Assembly: GCA_020635075.1 (NCBI GenBank)
Contig: JACKAM010000002.1
Coordinates: forward strand, 199,802-263,801
From: Pseudobdellovibrionaceae bacterium
GTDB taxonomy: Bacteria > Bdellovibrionota > Bdellovibrionia > Bdellovibrionales > UBA1609
Direction of reading: 5' to 3'
DNA length: 64,000 bases
The notes beneath the pieces are model-generated. The model was not told where the DNA came from. It saw only the letters and a program-made list of their open reading frames with translations, and did no database searches. The position numbers and the translations under genes were made by a program. Of this stretch, positions 1 to 9,948 are shown piece by piece. Positions within the stretch are counted from its first letter, which is position 1. Every line of letters begins with the position of its first letter.

Positions 1-1004
1 ACCCCCCCAACCTTGCGCACGTACTCAAGTCGGTGAGGCATACCAGGAAATTCATCAATGACCCGTTGAATAGCTTCATGGGTGGCGCCGTGTTCACGGG
101 CCACCAAAATTGCCGCCATCACGTTTTCATAGTTGTGTTTACCGCGCATTTTAGCGTTGGACACCGTGTAGTACTCGATTTCCGGACCGGTGCGCACCCG
201 AATCTGATCCTTGATCAAAACCGCACCACCGATATTCATGATTTGCGGTTCAAGGGTGGGTTTGCGAGAGAAGTAGAAGATTCGACCTCTCTGGACAGCT
301 GGGTCCCGAGCCAATTCCACCACCGCGTTGTCGTCGGCGTTGAGAATGCTGGTTGTGGACTGATTGGTGTTAAGGAAAATCCGTCTCTTGGCATTGACGT
401 ACTCTTCCATGCTCCGATAGCGATCCAAGTGATTTTCAGCCAAATTCATGAAGACAATATTAGAGGGGTTGAAATTCTCAACATGCTCCAATTGGAAACT
501 ACTGACCTCTAAGATCACCACCTGGGCCTTTTCTCCAGCGCGCAGGTATTCACTCAGCGGCTCGCCAAAGTTACCGCCAACCCAACAATTGACCCCAGAG
601 CGACTCAAAAACTGTTCTACCATCCGGGTGGTTGTCGTTTTACCATTGGTTCCAGTAATGGCGATAACCGGTTCCTGAATAAACTGTGAGCAAAACTCAA
701 ATTCACCCGTAACTTTGACCCCATGGCTGCGAGCATAATCAAAGATTTTCAGGTGAGGGGGGACACCGGGACTTAGGATAATCAAATCCTGCTGAAGAAA
801 TGTCTTTGGCGTGTGCCCTCCCAAGTCATAATGAACCTCCAACCCAGACATGGCCTCCAAATGGTTGGCCAATTCCGCCTTTGACTTGTGATCACTCACC
901 GTAACTTCGGCACCATTTTCAGTTAACAGGCGAGCAAGAGAAACCCCCGTTCTCGCCAGACCCACAATCAGAATCTTCTTTCCCCTAATTTCAGACAACT
1001 CCAT
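1..1004 (-). CDS. murD: UDP-N-acetylmuramoylalanine--D-glutamate ligase MurD; C-terminal end cut by window edge
   Basis: Absent from the ORF track because it runs off the window. My reverse translation from the ATG at 1004 gives MELSEIRGKKILIVGLARTGVSLARLL... and later ITGTNGKTTTT (Mur ligase P-loop). It lies directly downstream of mraY in dcw order. Confidence 0.85.
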   Translation of the reverse strand, partial: MELSEIRGKKILIVGLARTGVSLARLLTENGAEVTVSDHKSKAELANHLEAMSGLEVHYDLGGHTPKTFLQQDLIILSPGVPPHLKIFDYARSHGVKVTGEFEFCSQFIQEPVIAITGTNGKTTTTRMVEQFLSRSGVNCWVGGNFGEPLSEYLRAGEKAQVVILEVSSFQLEHVENFNPSNIVFMNLAENHLDRYRSMEEYVNAKRRIFLNTNQSTTSILNADDNAVVELARDPAVQRGRIFYFSRKPTLEPQIMNIGGAVLIKDQIRVRTGPEIEYYTVSNAKMRGKHNYENVMAAILVAREHGATHEAIQRVIDEFPGMPHRLEYVRKVGG

Positions 1005-1017
1005 GATCTTTCCTACC

Positions 1018-2094
1018 TCATCTCAGTTTCAGTGTGCTCAAACTCAGCACGGCTAAAAGAATGCTTACAATCCAAAAACGAACAATAATCTTAGTCTCAT
1101 CCAAACCCTTGAGTTCATAGTGGTGATGAATCGGGGCCATGCGGAACACCCTCTTTCCCGTTAACTTGAAGGACGCCACCTGGGTAATAACGGAAAGGGC
1201 CTCTACGACGAATACACCACCTAACAAAACCAATAATAACTCGTTATGAGTTAACACGGCCATTACGCCAAGAAATCCACCCAGGGACAAACTGCCCACA
1301 TCGCCCATGAAGACCTGGGCGGGAAAGCTATTGAACCAAAGGAAGGCCAGCCCAGAGGCAACGACGGCTGCTGCCAGGATTGTCAACTCACCAGATCCAG
1401 TAACAAAGGGAATAGCCAGGTAACGAGCGATCTCCGAGTGTCCCGCAACGTAGGCGAAGATCATGAATGTTCCAGCACAGACAATAACTGGAAAAATCGC
1501 CAGTCCATCCAAACCATCGGTAAGGTTCACTGCATTGGCGCACCCGACGATTGTGAGAGCCGCAAAGGGGACATAGAACCAACCGAGATCAAAATGAACT
1601 TCTTTGAGGAAGGGGACCGAAAGAACTGTGGTGATCTGACCATCCCATACCAAATAGGCCACGACTAAACCGGAAATCAAAAACTCAAGCAACAGTCTTA
1701 GCCTACCCGACAGTCCTTTTGAGTTCTTCTTAGCCACCTTGAGATAGTCATCTCGGTAGCCAATCAAACCAAACCCATAGGTCACGACCAAAACCGCCCA
1801 GACCATAGGATTCAGCATATCGACCCACAATATCGCTGGAGCCAGTAGTCCCATGAGAATCAGTCCACCACCCATGGTTGGTGTTCCGGCCTTTTTCTTG
1901 TGGCTTTGTGGCCCGTCCTCGCGAATGCTCTGGCCCACCTGTTTTTTCACCAGATGACGAATAAAATAGGGACCAAGGATCCAACAAAGAAAGAAGGCCG
2001 TAAAAAATGAAATGAAAGTTCTAAATGTGATGTAACGAAAGACGTTCAGAGCAGAGATTGAATCCGACGCCTCATAGAGCCAACGATAGAGCAT
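1018..2094 (-). CDS. mraY: phospho-N-acetylmuramoyl-pentapeptide transferase
   Basis: 358 aa polytopic membrane protein. Has the [12 protein letters not shown]-terminus and the [13 protein letters not shown] and HHHYEL motifs typical of MraY. dcw context. Confidence 0.95.
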   Translation of the reverse strand: MLYRWLYEASDSISALNVFRYITFRTFISFFTAFFLCWILGPYFIRHLVKKQVGQSIREDGPQSHKKKAGTPTMGGGLILMGLLAPAILWVDMLNPMVWAVLVVTYGFGLIGYRDDYLKVAKKNSKGLSGRLRLLLEFLISGLVVAYLVWDGQITTVLSVPFLKEVHFDLGWFYVPFAALTIVGCANAVNLTDGLDGLAIFPVIVCAGTFMIFAYVAGHSEIARYLAIPFVTGSGELTILAAAVVASGLAFLWFNSFPAQVFMGDVGSLSLGGFLGVMAVLTHNELLLVLLGGVFVVEALSVITQVASFKLTGKRVFRMAPIHHHYELKGLDETKIIVRFWIVSILLAVLSLSTLKLR

Positions 2095-2128
2095 TTACCC
2101 GCATTCCCGTAATCAGCTGTGCGTTGCC

Positions 2129-3535
2129 CTAAAAGCCGATTGGATCCCAGGCCTTAATCACCTGCTCCAGCTTCATCCCGCGCGAACCCTTAATGGCAAC
2201 GATGTCCTGATCGTTTAGCATAGAGCCGATACGAGTTGCAAGCTCTTCTTTGTAAGTGTCTGAAATAAATAGATTTTTTCGAAATTCTGTGCGCCTCACC
2301 CCACGCTCGAAAGCGGCATGGGAAGGGCCGATGAACCATAGGGTGTCCACATCGATGTTGCCCACCATCTCACCTAGCTCCTCATGGAGGCGGTCGGACT
2401 CCTTGCCCAGCTCCAACATCTCTCCCAGAACCAGTATTTTCTTCCCCTTCATGGGCATCTCGTAGAGGTTTTTGATTAAGGCCGCCATGCTTTCCGGGTT
2501 GGCATTATAGCCATCAAACAAGACAGGAGTGCCGCACTTCAATCGTACCAACTGATTGCGCCCCCAGGCACAGCGCAACTCTGGAAGACCCGCCCAGATT
2601 TGCTCGGGTCCCATTCCCGCAGCCATTGCCAGGGCCGCTGCTGCCATTATGTTGGTTCCGTTTTGTCGACCAAACACCGGAACCCTTACATCTCCTTCCA
2701 CTTCGCCGATCAATCCCATGACCTGAATAAAGTCGAGCCCGATTTCGGTAACCCTTAAATTGACCTCAGCGTTGGATTTGTAGGCGGAAAAGGTGAGTAT
2801 GTGTTTTATTCCCTTTTTTACCGCTTCCTCATGCATACGAATGGTGTGCTCATTGACCAGATTATAAACCTGGATGGCCTTGGGGCATGAGCGGTAAAGT
2901 TCCCACTTGGCCTGCACCACGGCCTCCAGACTGCCCAACTCACCAATATGGGCCTGACCCACGTTGGTCACCAAAACAATATCGGGACTGGCAATTTCGC
3001 ATAAGCGAGTGATCTCCCCAGAATGATTCATGCCCATTTCAACCACGGCAACTTCGTGTTCGGGTTCTATCGCCAATAGGGTCAGGGGAACACCCCAGTG
3101 ATTATTGTAACTTCCCTTGTTGTAATGAGTCTTAAATTGGCGATTCAAAAGGGAGGCAACAAACTCCTTTGTCGTTGTTTTACCAGTTGAGCCTGTTATG
3201 GCGATGATCTTGGCTTTGTTCTTCCTGCGCCAATAGGATCCCAAGTCCTGAAGGCCCTTAAGTGTGTCACGAACCTGTACCAGGGTCACCTGATCGACGA
3301 GATCCTTTAGCTCAGGAACAAACTTATCGACAAGAAGACCTGTCGCACCTTGAGTGACGGCGGATTCGACAAAGTCATGGGCGTCGAACTGATCTCCACG
3401 CAAGGCGATAAACAGCTGACCGGTAAGATCAAGACGCGAGTCTGTACCAATTCCAGACCACTCCGTCTGTTTCTCCGACAGGGTTTTGCCCCCCGTCGCT
3501 TTTAAGACCTCATCCAGTGTTAGCTTCCAACTCAT
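2129..3535 (-). CDS. murF: UDP-N-acetylmuramoyl-tripeptide--D-alanyl-D-alanine ligase
   Basis: 468 aa with ITGSTGKTTTKE P-loop and Mur ligase layout. 4-nt ATGA overlap with murE. Confidence 0.9.
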   Translation of the reverse strand: MSWKLTLDEVLKATGGKTLSEKQTEWSGIGTDSRLDLTGQLFIALRGDQFDAHDFVESAVTQGATGLLVDKFVPELKDLVDQVTLVQVRDTLKGLQDLGSYWRRKNKAKIIAITGSTGKTTTKEFVASLLNRQFKTHYNKGSYNNHWGVPLTLLAIEPEHEVAVVEMGMNHSGEITRLCEIASPDIVLVTNVGQAHIGELGSLEAVVQAKWELYRSCPKAIQVYNLVNEHTIRMHEEAVKKGIKHILTFSAYKSNAEVNLRVTEIGLDFIQVMGLIGEVEGDVRVPVFGRQNGTNIMAAAALAMAAGMGPEQIWAGLPELRCAWGRNQLVRLKCGTPVLFDGYNANPESMAALIKNLYEMPMKGKKILVLGEMLELGKESDRLHEELGEMVGNIDVDTLWFIGPSHAAFERGVRRTEFRKNLFISDTYKEELATRIGSMLNDQDIVAIKGSRGMKLEQVIKAWDPIGF

Positions 3536-5019
3536 TGCAATAGATCTTTCACCACGTTCACATCACAAAAGGATAGCTTTTCTGTTCCCACAATCTGGTA
3601 GCCCTCATGTCCCTTTCCCGCAATCAATACAACGTCACCGGAGTTTGCTGATCGCAGCGCCCTAGAAATAGCTTGTTTTCGATCCACTTCACTAAACACT
3701 TTATGGTCCCTATCTCCCTCTTCAATCCCTGAAAAAATATCCTGGATAATCTCCTCCGGGTCCTCTGTCCGCGGATTGTCCGAGGTGACAAACACCAGGT
3801 CCGATCCCTCGACGGCCGCCTTCGCCATAAGTGGGCGTTTGCCCTTATCTCTATCGCCCCCACAACCAAAAACCGAAATAATTCTTGCTGTCGATCCAGA
3901 CAGGCGACGAATTTCGTTCAAAGACGCCAACACAGATTTTAACGCATCATCTGTGTGAGCGTAATCCACAAATACATGAATGCCCTTTTGATTTTCCACT
4001 CTCTCCATTCGTCCAGGAACGCCGTGAAAACGGGACAGAGCCGTGGCACAGGTCTCACTAGAAACACCAGCCGCCAGTCCAACGGCAAATGCCGCTGTGC
4101 AGTTGTAGACATTGTGCCGACCAATCAAGGGACTGCTGATTTCCGTCACTCCACGGGGATGGCGGATTTCATACCTACAACCAGAGAAACCCTGATCCAT
4201 AATCTGAAAACAGAAATCCGCTTCTCTTTCACCATAGGTCCAGCGAGTGGCCTTGTCGGCAATTCGCAACTTACGACCATAAGGGTCATCACGATTGATA
4301 ATGGCATAAAGGTCACGCTTTTCTGACCCCCACAATATCTCATCGAACAGTCTTTGCTTGGCCGAAAAATAACTGTCGAGATCGCCGTGGTAGTCCAGGT
4401 GATCCCTGGTCAAATTTGTGAACACCACGGCATCAAAGGGAATCGCGTCTGCACGAAATTGCGACAAGGCATGACTGGACACCTCGAAGGCTACGGCCTT
4501 TGCCCCTAGAGACTTAAACTCGACCAAACGCTTCTGCAGATCCAGGGCATCAGGAGTGGTGAGCTGACTTTCCCAAACATGGGTCCCAATGTGGTGGTCC
4601 ACAGTGCCCATGACCCCAGTCGACCACCCATATTCATTCAAGATGGACTCCACTAGGTAGGCCAAACTAGTCTTACCATTTGTGCCCGTTACGCCAACAC
4701 AATACATGGAGGCTGCCGGGTTGTTGTAATAGCGACTCGCCAATTGATCTAAAGCCTTGCGACAGTCTCGAACCACCGCCACCGCTCCGGGGTAATCCGC
4801 GGGAATCTTTGACTCCGATTCCACCACCACACCCACAGCCCCAGCGCGGCAGACCTGAGGGAGAAAATCATGACCGTCATGGGCCTGTCCGCGAACCGCC
4901 ACGTAGACACAGCCCGGCTCGACCAGCCGAGAGTCCCGACAAATGAAACGCACATCAGCCGACCGCTGATGGCCCCATTTCAATTGTGGGTAAATGGAAA
5001 ATAACTGAGCGAGTTTCAA
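3532..5019 (-). CDS. murE: UDP-N-acetylmuramoyl-L-alanyl-D-glutamate--2,6-diaminopimelate ligase
   Basis: 495 aa with VTGTNGKTS P-loop and a DNPR motif near the C-terminus (SDNPRTEDP). dcw position between ftsI and murF. Confidence 0.9.
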   Translation of the reverse strand: MKLAQLFSIYPQLKWGHQRSADVRFICRDSRLVEPGCVYVAVRGQAHDGHDFLPQVCRAGAVGVVVESESKIPADYPGAVAVVRDCRKALDQLASRYYNNPAASMYCVGVTGTNGKTSLAYLVESILNEYGWSTGVMGTVDHHIGTHVWESQLTTPDALDLQKRLVEFKSLGAKAVAFEVSSHALSQFRADAIPFDAVVFTNLTRDHLDYHGDLDSYFSAKQRLFDEILWGSEKRDLYAIINRDDPYGRKLRIADKATRWTYGEREADFCFQIMDQGFSGCRYEIRHPRGVTEISSPLIGRHNVYNCTAAFAVGLAAGVSSETCATALSRFHGVPGRMERVENQKGIHVFVDYAHTDDALKSVLASLNEIRRLSGSTARIISVFGCGGDRDKGKRPLMAKAAVEGSDLVFVTSDNPRTEDPEEIIQDIFSGIEEGDRDHKVFSEVDRKQAISRALRSANSGDVVLIAGKGHEGYQIVGTEKLSFCDVNVVKDLLQ

Positions 5020-5022
5020 AAT

Positions 5023-6999
5023 TTACTCTTTCACCGTTTTCGGAGTCTTTAGCTGCAAGTGAATTTCTTGTCCAGGCCGCAGTGGTTCGCCCGCAGTGGG
5101 TCGAGATGAGGCAACCACCCCTGAACCCTTAAACCGTACTTTGACGTCGGTGCCGCGAACACGGCGAATGACCTCACGTAAGGTTAATCCCCTGAAGTCG
5201 GGAGTCACGCCTTCCTGAGTGATATTCATCGACTCATTGACCGCGGTTAGCGCCTTTTCCTGTAGGCTCTCAGAGTCTAAAGCCTTCTCTCTGGTAGCCA
5301 GGATGTTTTCCTCTGAAATGAGCACCGGAGGAAGACCTGACTTGCGAACCATAAAGCTGGCCAAGCGAGCAAAAACCGGAGCTGCCACCTGGGCCCCGTA
5401 GTACTTGACCCGTGGATTGTCGACCGCAATGTAGATAACAAAGCGAGGATCATTGGCCGGAACAAATCCTGCGAAACTGGATATGTAGGCATGCCTGAAA
5501 TAGCCGCCCTTCTCCAAATTCACCTTTTGGGCTGTGCCCGTCTTTCCGGCCACCGGAAACCCCTTGATCCGGGCATTGAATCCTGTGCCCGTGGGAGCCG
5601 TCACATTGGTCAGCATTAAAGTCAATGTCGCCGCATCGTCCTGACTGAGAACACGTTTCTTTTGTCGCTTTTGGAGCTTCACCTCTTCATTGGTATCCTC
5701 TGATATCACTCTTTTAACAATATAAGGCTGCGACCAGACACCACCGTTTGCTATTGCTCCGTAGGCTGCGGCGATTTGCAGAGGGGTTGCGCTAACGCCA
5801 TGACCAAAAGATATGTTGGCCAGTAGGTGTTTGTTCCATGGAGGCTTGTGCAAGATTCCTGAACTCTCCCCGGGAAGGTCAACAAGCGTCTGACTGCCAA
5901 AGCCAAAATCCAACAAGGTTTGGTACAAGCGATCATTGCCTACCATAAAGGCCAACTTGGCTGTACCAACATTTGACGAATAAGCCAAAATCTCGCTCAC
6001 GGTCAGTTGGCCAAAGTTATGGGTGCTGTCTGCCTCACGAATTATTCGCCTGCCAATCTGGAGTTTCCCTCCCTCACAGTCAATGGCTGTGTTTGGCTTG
6101 GCCACCTTGTGCTTGAGGGCCGAGGCCATGACAAAGGTTTTCATCGTCGAGCCTGGCTCAAAGGCATCCGTCACTGATCGATTGCGCCTGACCGAATGGG
6201 GATACTGACGAGCATTGTTGAGATTGAATCCGGGAGTTTGCCCCATCGCCAGAATTTCCGAAGTTCGGGCGTCTAGGACCACACCCACCGCCGAATCGGC
6301 TTCGTACTTTTCCTGAGTGGCTTCTAGTTCCCTTTCCAACAAGTATTGAAGTTGATTGTCTATCGTAAGATGAATATTAAATCCATCAGGGACCTGGCCA
6401 TAGAAATTGCCATTTTCCATAAGAGGACGCCCACGAGCATCGCGCCCCATGTGGATACGAATATTCTGTCCCTTCAAATGTCGTTCGAACGCAAGCTCAA
6501 GCCCTTCTAAACCCTGGCCCTCGGAGCCGACAAATCCTAATGCGGATGCAAGGAGAGAATTATTCGGATAAATTCGGCGAGGTTCCTCGACTAAACCCAG
6601 TCCCCGAATCTTCCAATCCAAAATTGATTCCTTTTGATCTCGGGACAAATGGCGACGTAGCCATACAAATCTCCTTTCACGATTTTTGATTTTCTTATAT
6701 ATTGGACGCCAATCCGCTCCCAAATATTTAGCAACCTTCCTGGCGACTGTTTTGGGTTCCTTTATTATTTTCGGATCGGCAAAAAGGGAATAAGATGAGA
6801 CCGTTACAGCCAACTCCCGACCATCCCGATCGAGAATTGCCCCGCGCCGCGATTTCACAGTCAGCATTGTTTCAAATTGCTTTTTCTGCAGTTCCTCAAG
6901 ACGCGGATCTGCCACCAATTGCAGATAACTTCCTCTCAGGATCATTCCCAACCACATCACCAGGAACAAAACAAATATGAGAACAATCCGGGACTTCAT
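5023..6999 (-). CDS. ftsI: penicillin-binding protein 3-type transpeptidase (FtsI)
   Basis: 658 aa with an N-terminal TM anchor, PBP dimerisation region, and STMK, SSN and KTGT transpeptidase motifs. dcw position. Confidence 0.85.
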   Translation of the reverse strand: MKSRIVLIFVLFLVMWLGMILRGSYLQLVADPRLEELQKKQFETMLTVKSRRGAILDRDGRELAVTVSSYSLFADPKIIKEPKTVARKVAKYLGADWRPIYKKIKNRERRFVWLRRHLSRDQKESILDWKIRGLGLVEEPRRIYPNNSLLASALGFVGSEGQGLEGLELAFERHLKGQNIRIHMGRDARGRPLMENGNFYGQVPDGFNIHLTIDNQLQYLLERELEATQEKYEADSAVGVVLDARTSEILAMGQTPGFNLNNARQYPHSVRRNRSVTDAFEPGSTMKTFVMASALKHKVAKPNTAIDCEGGKLQIGRRIIREADSTHNFGQLTVSEILAYSSNVGTAKLAFMVGNDRLYQTLLDFGFGSQTLVDLPGESSGILHKPPWNKHLLANISFGHGVSATPLQIAAAYGAIANGGVWSQPYIVKRVISEDTNEEVKLQKRQKKRVLSQDDAATLTLMLTNVTAPTGTGFNARIKGFPVAGKTGTAQKVNLEKGGYFRHAYISSFAGFVPANDPRFVIYIAVDNPRVKYYGAQVAAPVFARLASFMVRKSGLPPVLISEENILATREKALDSESLQEKALTAVNESMNITQEGVTPDFRGLTLREVIRRVRGTDVKVRFKGSGVVASSRPTAGEPLRPGQEIHLQLKTPKTVKE

Positions 7000-7016
7000 T
7001 GTTTAAGAATAGCTCC

Positions 7017-7316
7017 TTATTGAGGCAAGGCAATATGAGTGCCTATCATTTGAATGATTTGACCCACCTGGGCATCATTGAGAGTGAAGCGAGAAACGGC
7101 AATCTTACGGACGCGATCAGGACGGGTGATCTGGGCGTACTCCATCACCTGGGAGCGGTGTCGATCTCGCATTACCTTGAAGGTTCGGGACGCAGAAAAC
7201 ACCGAATAACCCATGCGGCGAACCTCCATTTTGAAAAAGGCCATTGTAAAAAGAGTGGCAATGATAAGTAAAATGCTAAAAAACGGCTTCAACTCGCTCA
7301 CTTTTTCCTGGCTCAT
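7017..7316 (-). CDS. ftsL: cell division protein FtsL-like small membrane protein
   Basis: 99 aa with a single TM helix (FFSILLIIATLFTMAFF). Lies between rsmH and ftsI with a 4-nt overlap with rsmH. Confidence 0.6.
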   Translation of the reverse strand: MSQEKVSELKPFFSILLIIATLFTMAFFKMEVRRMGYSVFSASRTFKVMRDRHRSQVMEYAQITRPDRVRKIAVSRFTLNDAQVGQIIQMIGTHIALPQ

Positions 7317-8215
7317 GGCAATTCTCCTTTTTGAAATACGCGCAGCTTAGCGCTGCGGGCGCGAGGATTTTTCTTGGCCTCACCCCAAGGTGCTTGAATG
7401 ACTTTCTTATTCACCAAAAATCCGCGATCACAAAGATCTCGCAGAGCATATTTGACGATTCGATCTTCGAGAGAGTGGAAGGTAATGATCATTAGTCTTC
7501 CTGAATCACGGAGGAGTTCCACCAATTGGGGGATCACTTCCTTAACAACATCTAGCTCGCGATTAACTTCGAGCCTGAGCGCCAAAAAGTATTGAGTGGC
7601 TGGATGGTGCCCCTTTTTTCGCCAACCGAGACAGCGTTCTATGAGCGAAGCTAACTCGCGAGTGGTGCGGAAGGCCTGTTTGCGGCGCTCCTCAATGATC
7701 GCATTAACCACCCGCCCAGGACTCCTTACCTCTCCCAGCTCCCTAAAGAGATCGGACAACTCATCCGGATTCCAATTGTTAATGATATCTTCCGCGGTCA
7801 CTTCTCCCCGCTGATCCATGCGCATATCCAAAGGGCCGTCATGGTAAAAACTGAAGCCTCGGTCACCACGATCTAACTGGGGAGAGCTCACGCCCAAATC
7901 GAGGAGGATAAGATCAAATCCAGCTCCACCATGAAATTCGCTGAATCTTTCCTGCAGGGATTCCACTTCGCGAAAGTTGGCCCGACAGAGAACCAAATGC
8001 CCTGAAGCCAATTCCCTTTGAAAATGCTCCTGACCATAGGCAATCGCCTCCTCGTCCTGATCGAGAGCAAATGTCCGCATCTGAGGAAACTCAGCCATCA
8101 AGGCCCGTGTATGCCCTCCCCTGCCAAATGTGCCATCCAGATAGTGGGCGGGAGGCTGACTGAGGCCCTTTGCCATTTGCAGAATGGGATCAAGGAGAAC
8201 CGGGATGTGTTCCAC
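7313..8215 (-). CDS. rsmH: 16S rRNA (cytosine1402-N4)-methyltransferase
   Basis: 300 aa starting MEHIPVLL. Has the DGTFGRGGHT SAM motif and FHSLEDRIVK motif. GTG start overlaps the mraZ stop. Confidence 0.9.
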   Translation of the reverse strand: MEHIPVLLDPILQMAKGLSQPPAHYLDGTFGRGGHTRALMAEFPQMRTFALDQDEEAIAYGQEHFQRELASGHLVLCRANFREVESLQERFSEFHGGAGFDLILLDLGVSSPQLDRGDRGFSFYHDGPLDMRMDQRGEVTAEDIINNWNPDELSDLFRELGEVRSPGRVVNAIIEERRKQAFRTTRELASLIERCLGWRKKGHHPATQYFLALRLEVNRELDVVKEVIPQLVELLRDSGRLMIITFHSLEDRIVKYALRDLCDRGFLVNKKVIQAPWGEAKKNPRARSAKLRVFQKGELP

Positions 8216-8682
8216 TATTCGTCCCCCTTGTCCATGTCCGCAACCACGGCCAGAATGTTATCGAAATCACCAGCTAGACTTTCATACAGTTCTTGCCAAC
8301 GCTGGGCTGACCAAATCTCGAACTTCCCTCCCATGCCAACCAAAACCGCCTCTTCTTCAAGAGCGGCAAACTTTCTCAACCCCTGAGGGATCAGCAAACG
8401 ATCCTGCGCATCCCCATTTACCACTTGGGCCCCTGCCATATAGAATCGCTGGTAGGCTTGCACTTCAGCTTTTAGGGGTGACAACCGGGAGATGCGCTTT
8501 TCCAAATTTTCCCACTCTTTGAGAGTGTAAACATCCAGACAGCGCTGTCCCTGGTACTGACCATTGGTGATCACAAGCGAGGTCTCTTTCTTGGGAAGGG
8601 ATTGTTTGTAGTTGGCAGGTAGCTTGAAGCGACCTTTGGGATCGATCTTGCAATCAAACCGGCCACGAAACAAAGCGGTCAT
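8215..8682 (-). CDS. mraZ: transcriptional regulator MraZ
   Basis: Two-repeat SpoVT/AbrB-like protein beginning M-TALFRGRFDCKIDPKGRFKLP. I prefer the ATG at 8682 (GGAAGG 6 nt upstream) over the ORF-track start at 8718. Confidence 0.85.
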   Translation of the reverse strand: MTALFRGRFDCKIDPKGRFKLPANYKQSLPKKETSLVITNGQYQGQRCLDVYTLKEWENLEKRISRLSPLKAEVQAYQRFYMAGAQVVNGDAQDRLLIPQGLRKFAALEEEAVLVGMGGKFEIWSAQRWQELYESLAGDFDNILAVVADMDKGDE

Positions 8683-8749
8683 CCATAACCTTCCAGGTAA
8701 AGAGGAAAGCCCATCCATGGGCTTTCAAAGTGGGGAAGGGAGTGTCCGT

Positions 8750-8790
8750 GTTTCCACTTCTTTCCACTTTCCACCACCTTTTTCCACTTT
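8750..8790 (-). promoter_or_regulatory. MraZ operator-like array: four GTGGAAA boxes at exact 10-bp phasing
   Basis: The minus strand reads aaaGTGGaaaaagGTGGtggaaaGTGGaaagaaGTGGaaac, with GTGG at offsets 4, 14, 24 and 34. It lies 68-108 bp upstream of the mraZ start. Confidence 0.55.
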
Positions 8791-8813
8791 AGCAGAGAGC
8801 AGCCTTGCGTCAA
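8786..8813 (-). promoter_or_regulatory. candidate sigma70-type Pmra promoter
   Basis: Minus strand has TTGACG (8813-8808), a 16-nt spacer, then TAAAGT (8791-8786). The -10 overlaps the first GTGG box. Confidence 0.35.
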
Positions 8814-8931
8814 GGGGGCTCATTTCCATTTGGGCTGTCTGTCTAGGCGTGTTAGCCTTTAAAAAAGCGATTTTAGACAGAGGCCCTGCGGACCAAAGGA
8901 ATGGTCCTGGACGAACAGGGAGGTGGGCCCG

Positions 8932-9948
8932 ATGATGCAGGAATGCCCAAAATGTGGGTTCTTGCAACCGCAAGATCGGTTTTGCGCCAACTGCGGTCTT
9001 GATATCGAGAACTATCGCCCTACCCCGACTCCGTGGCACCGGAAGTTGGTATTCAATTCTACGTTTCAAATCACCGCAATTGTTCTCAGTGTTGGCGCCA
9101 TGATTGCCTATATTTCTTGGCAGCAGGGACAGAAGATTGAAACCACCCGCCCTCAATTTATTGCGGGTGACGAAGGTGATCGCGAGCGAGAGGATGCCTC
9201 ACAACCTTCAGCCGATGGACGTTCGGACTCAGGCCAGGCCAGTGGCTCGATAGTTTCCCGAACTGCAAAGGTCAACCAACCCGCAACCGACATCTCCCAA
9301 CCAACGAATGCCATCGGCCCTCCGAGCGGAACCAGCAAAACGGCAACAGCCGATGGTGGGACAGACCCAGGCGAAAAGGTTGCACAAGGGCCGAAACCGC
9401 CTAGTCAGCTTGTTCTGCGATTTGCGGAAATCCCCAGAGAGGTGCTTAGCCAGATGTTTGCCGAATCGCAAATTCTTCACGAGGGGCAACAGGTTCAGGC
9501 GGGAACCTACAAATTTCAAGAGCCCATCGAACAACTCATCAAGAAAAGCTCGCAGGCTCGGTTTCTACCCGGCAAAACCAGCGCAGCTCTTACTGGTGGG
9601 CCATTGCGCATTCAATACACCAAGCCTCTTGGGGACAACCCAGAAGAACTCCAAGGTCTCAATTTTGAAGCCGCTGTCGTCAGTTTTACCCCGGCCGGAT
9701 TGGAGATGGAGACTGGGGGTGGTTTTTTTCTCGGCGGCAAAGGGGAGTTTCCGACCGTCAACGTGCCCCTAGACGGCACTTATAGTCTGCCTTATGGGAG
9801 CCTTCTGATTATTGCCGGAATTGTCCCCCACCGTCCGCTTTCTGAAAAAGAGGCCTCCGCCTTTCGGGGAAGCCCCATTGAAATCATGAATTCGCCAGAA
9901 TTCCTCGCCAATGAAAGCGAGTTCGTTCTTATAATTAAAGCCCAGTAA
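8932..9948 (+). CDS. zinc-ribbon membrane protein, function unknown
   Basis: N-terminal CPKCG...CANCG zinc ribbon, one TM helix, a Pro/Ser/Gly-rich linker and a C-terminal globular part. ATG at 8932 has GGGAGG 8 nt upstream; the ORF-track start at 8923 is a GTG inside that SD. Confidence 0.6.
   Translation: MMQECPKCGFLQPQDRFCANCGLDIENYRPTPTPWHRKLVFNSTFQITAIVLSVGAMIAYISWQQGQKIETTRPQFIAGDEGDREREDASQPSADGRSDSGQASGSIVSRTAKVNQPATDISQPTNAIGPPSGTSKTATADGGTDPGEKVAQGPKPPSQLVLRFAEIPREVLSQMFAESQILHEGQQVQAGTYKFQEPIEQLIKKSSQARFLPGKTSAALTGGPLRIQYTKPLGDNPEELQGLNFEAAVVSFTPAGLEMETGGGFFLGGKGEFPTVNVPLDGTYSLPYGSLLIIAGIVPHRPLSEKEASAFRGSPIEIMNSPEFLANESEFVLIIKAQ

Noticed and set aside
33-678. Plus-strand ORFs of 159 and 76 aa at the window start
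   Set aside because: They lie antisense to an uninterrupted minus-strand frame that translates to a convincing MurD with an intact Mur ligase P-loop. They have no motifs of their own.
8725-9156. 143-aa minus-strand ORF spanning the mraZ promoter region
   Set aside because: It overlaps the operator and promoter and the N-terminus of the zinc-ribbon gene on the other strand. No SD and no motif.
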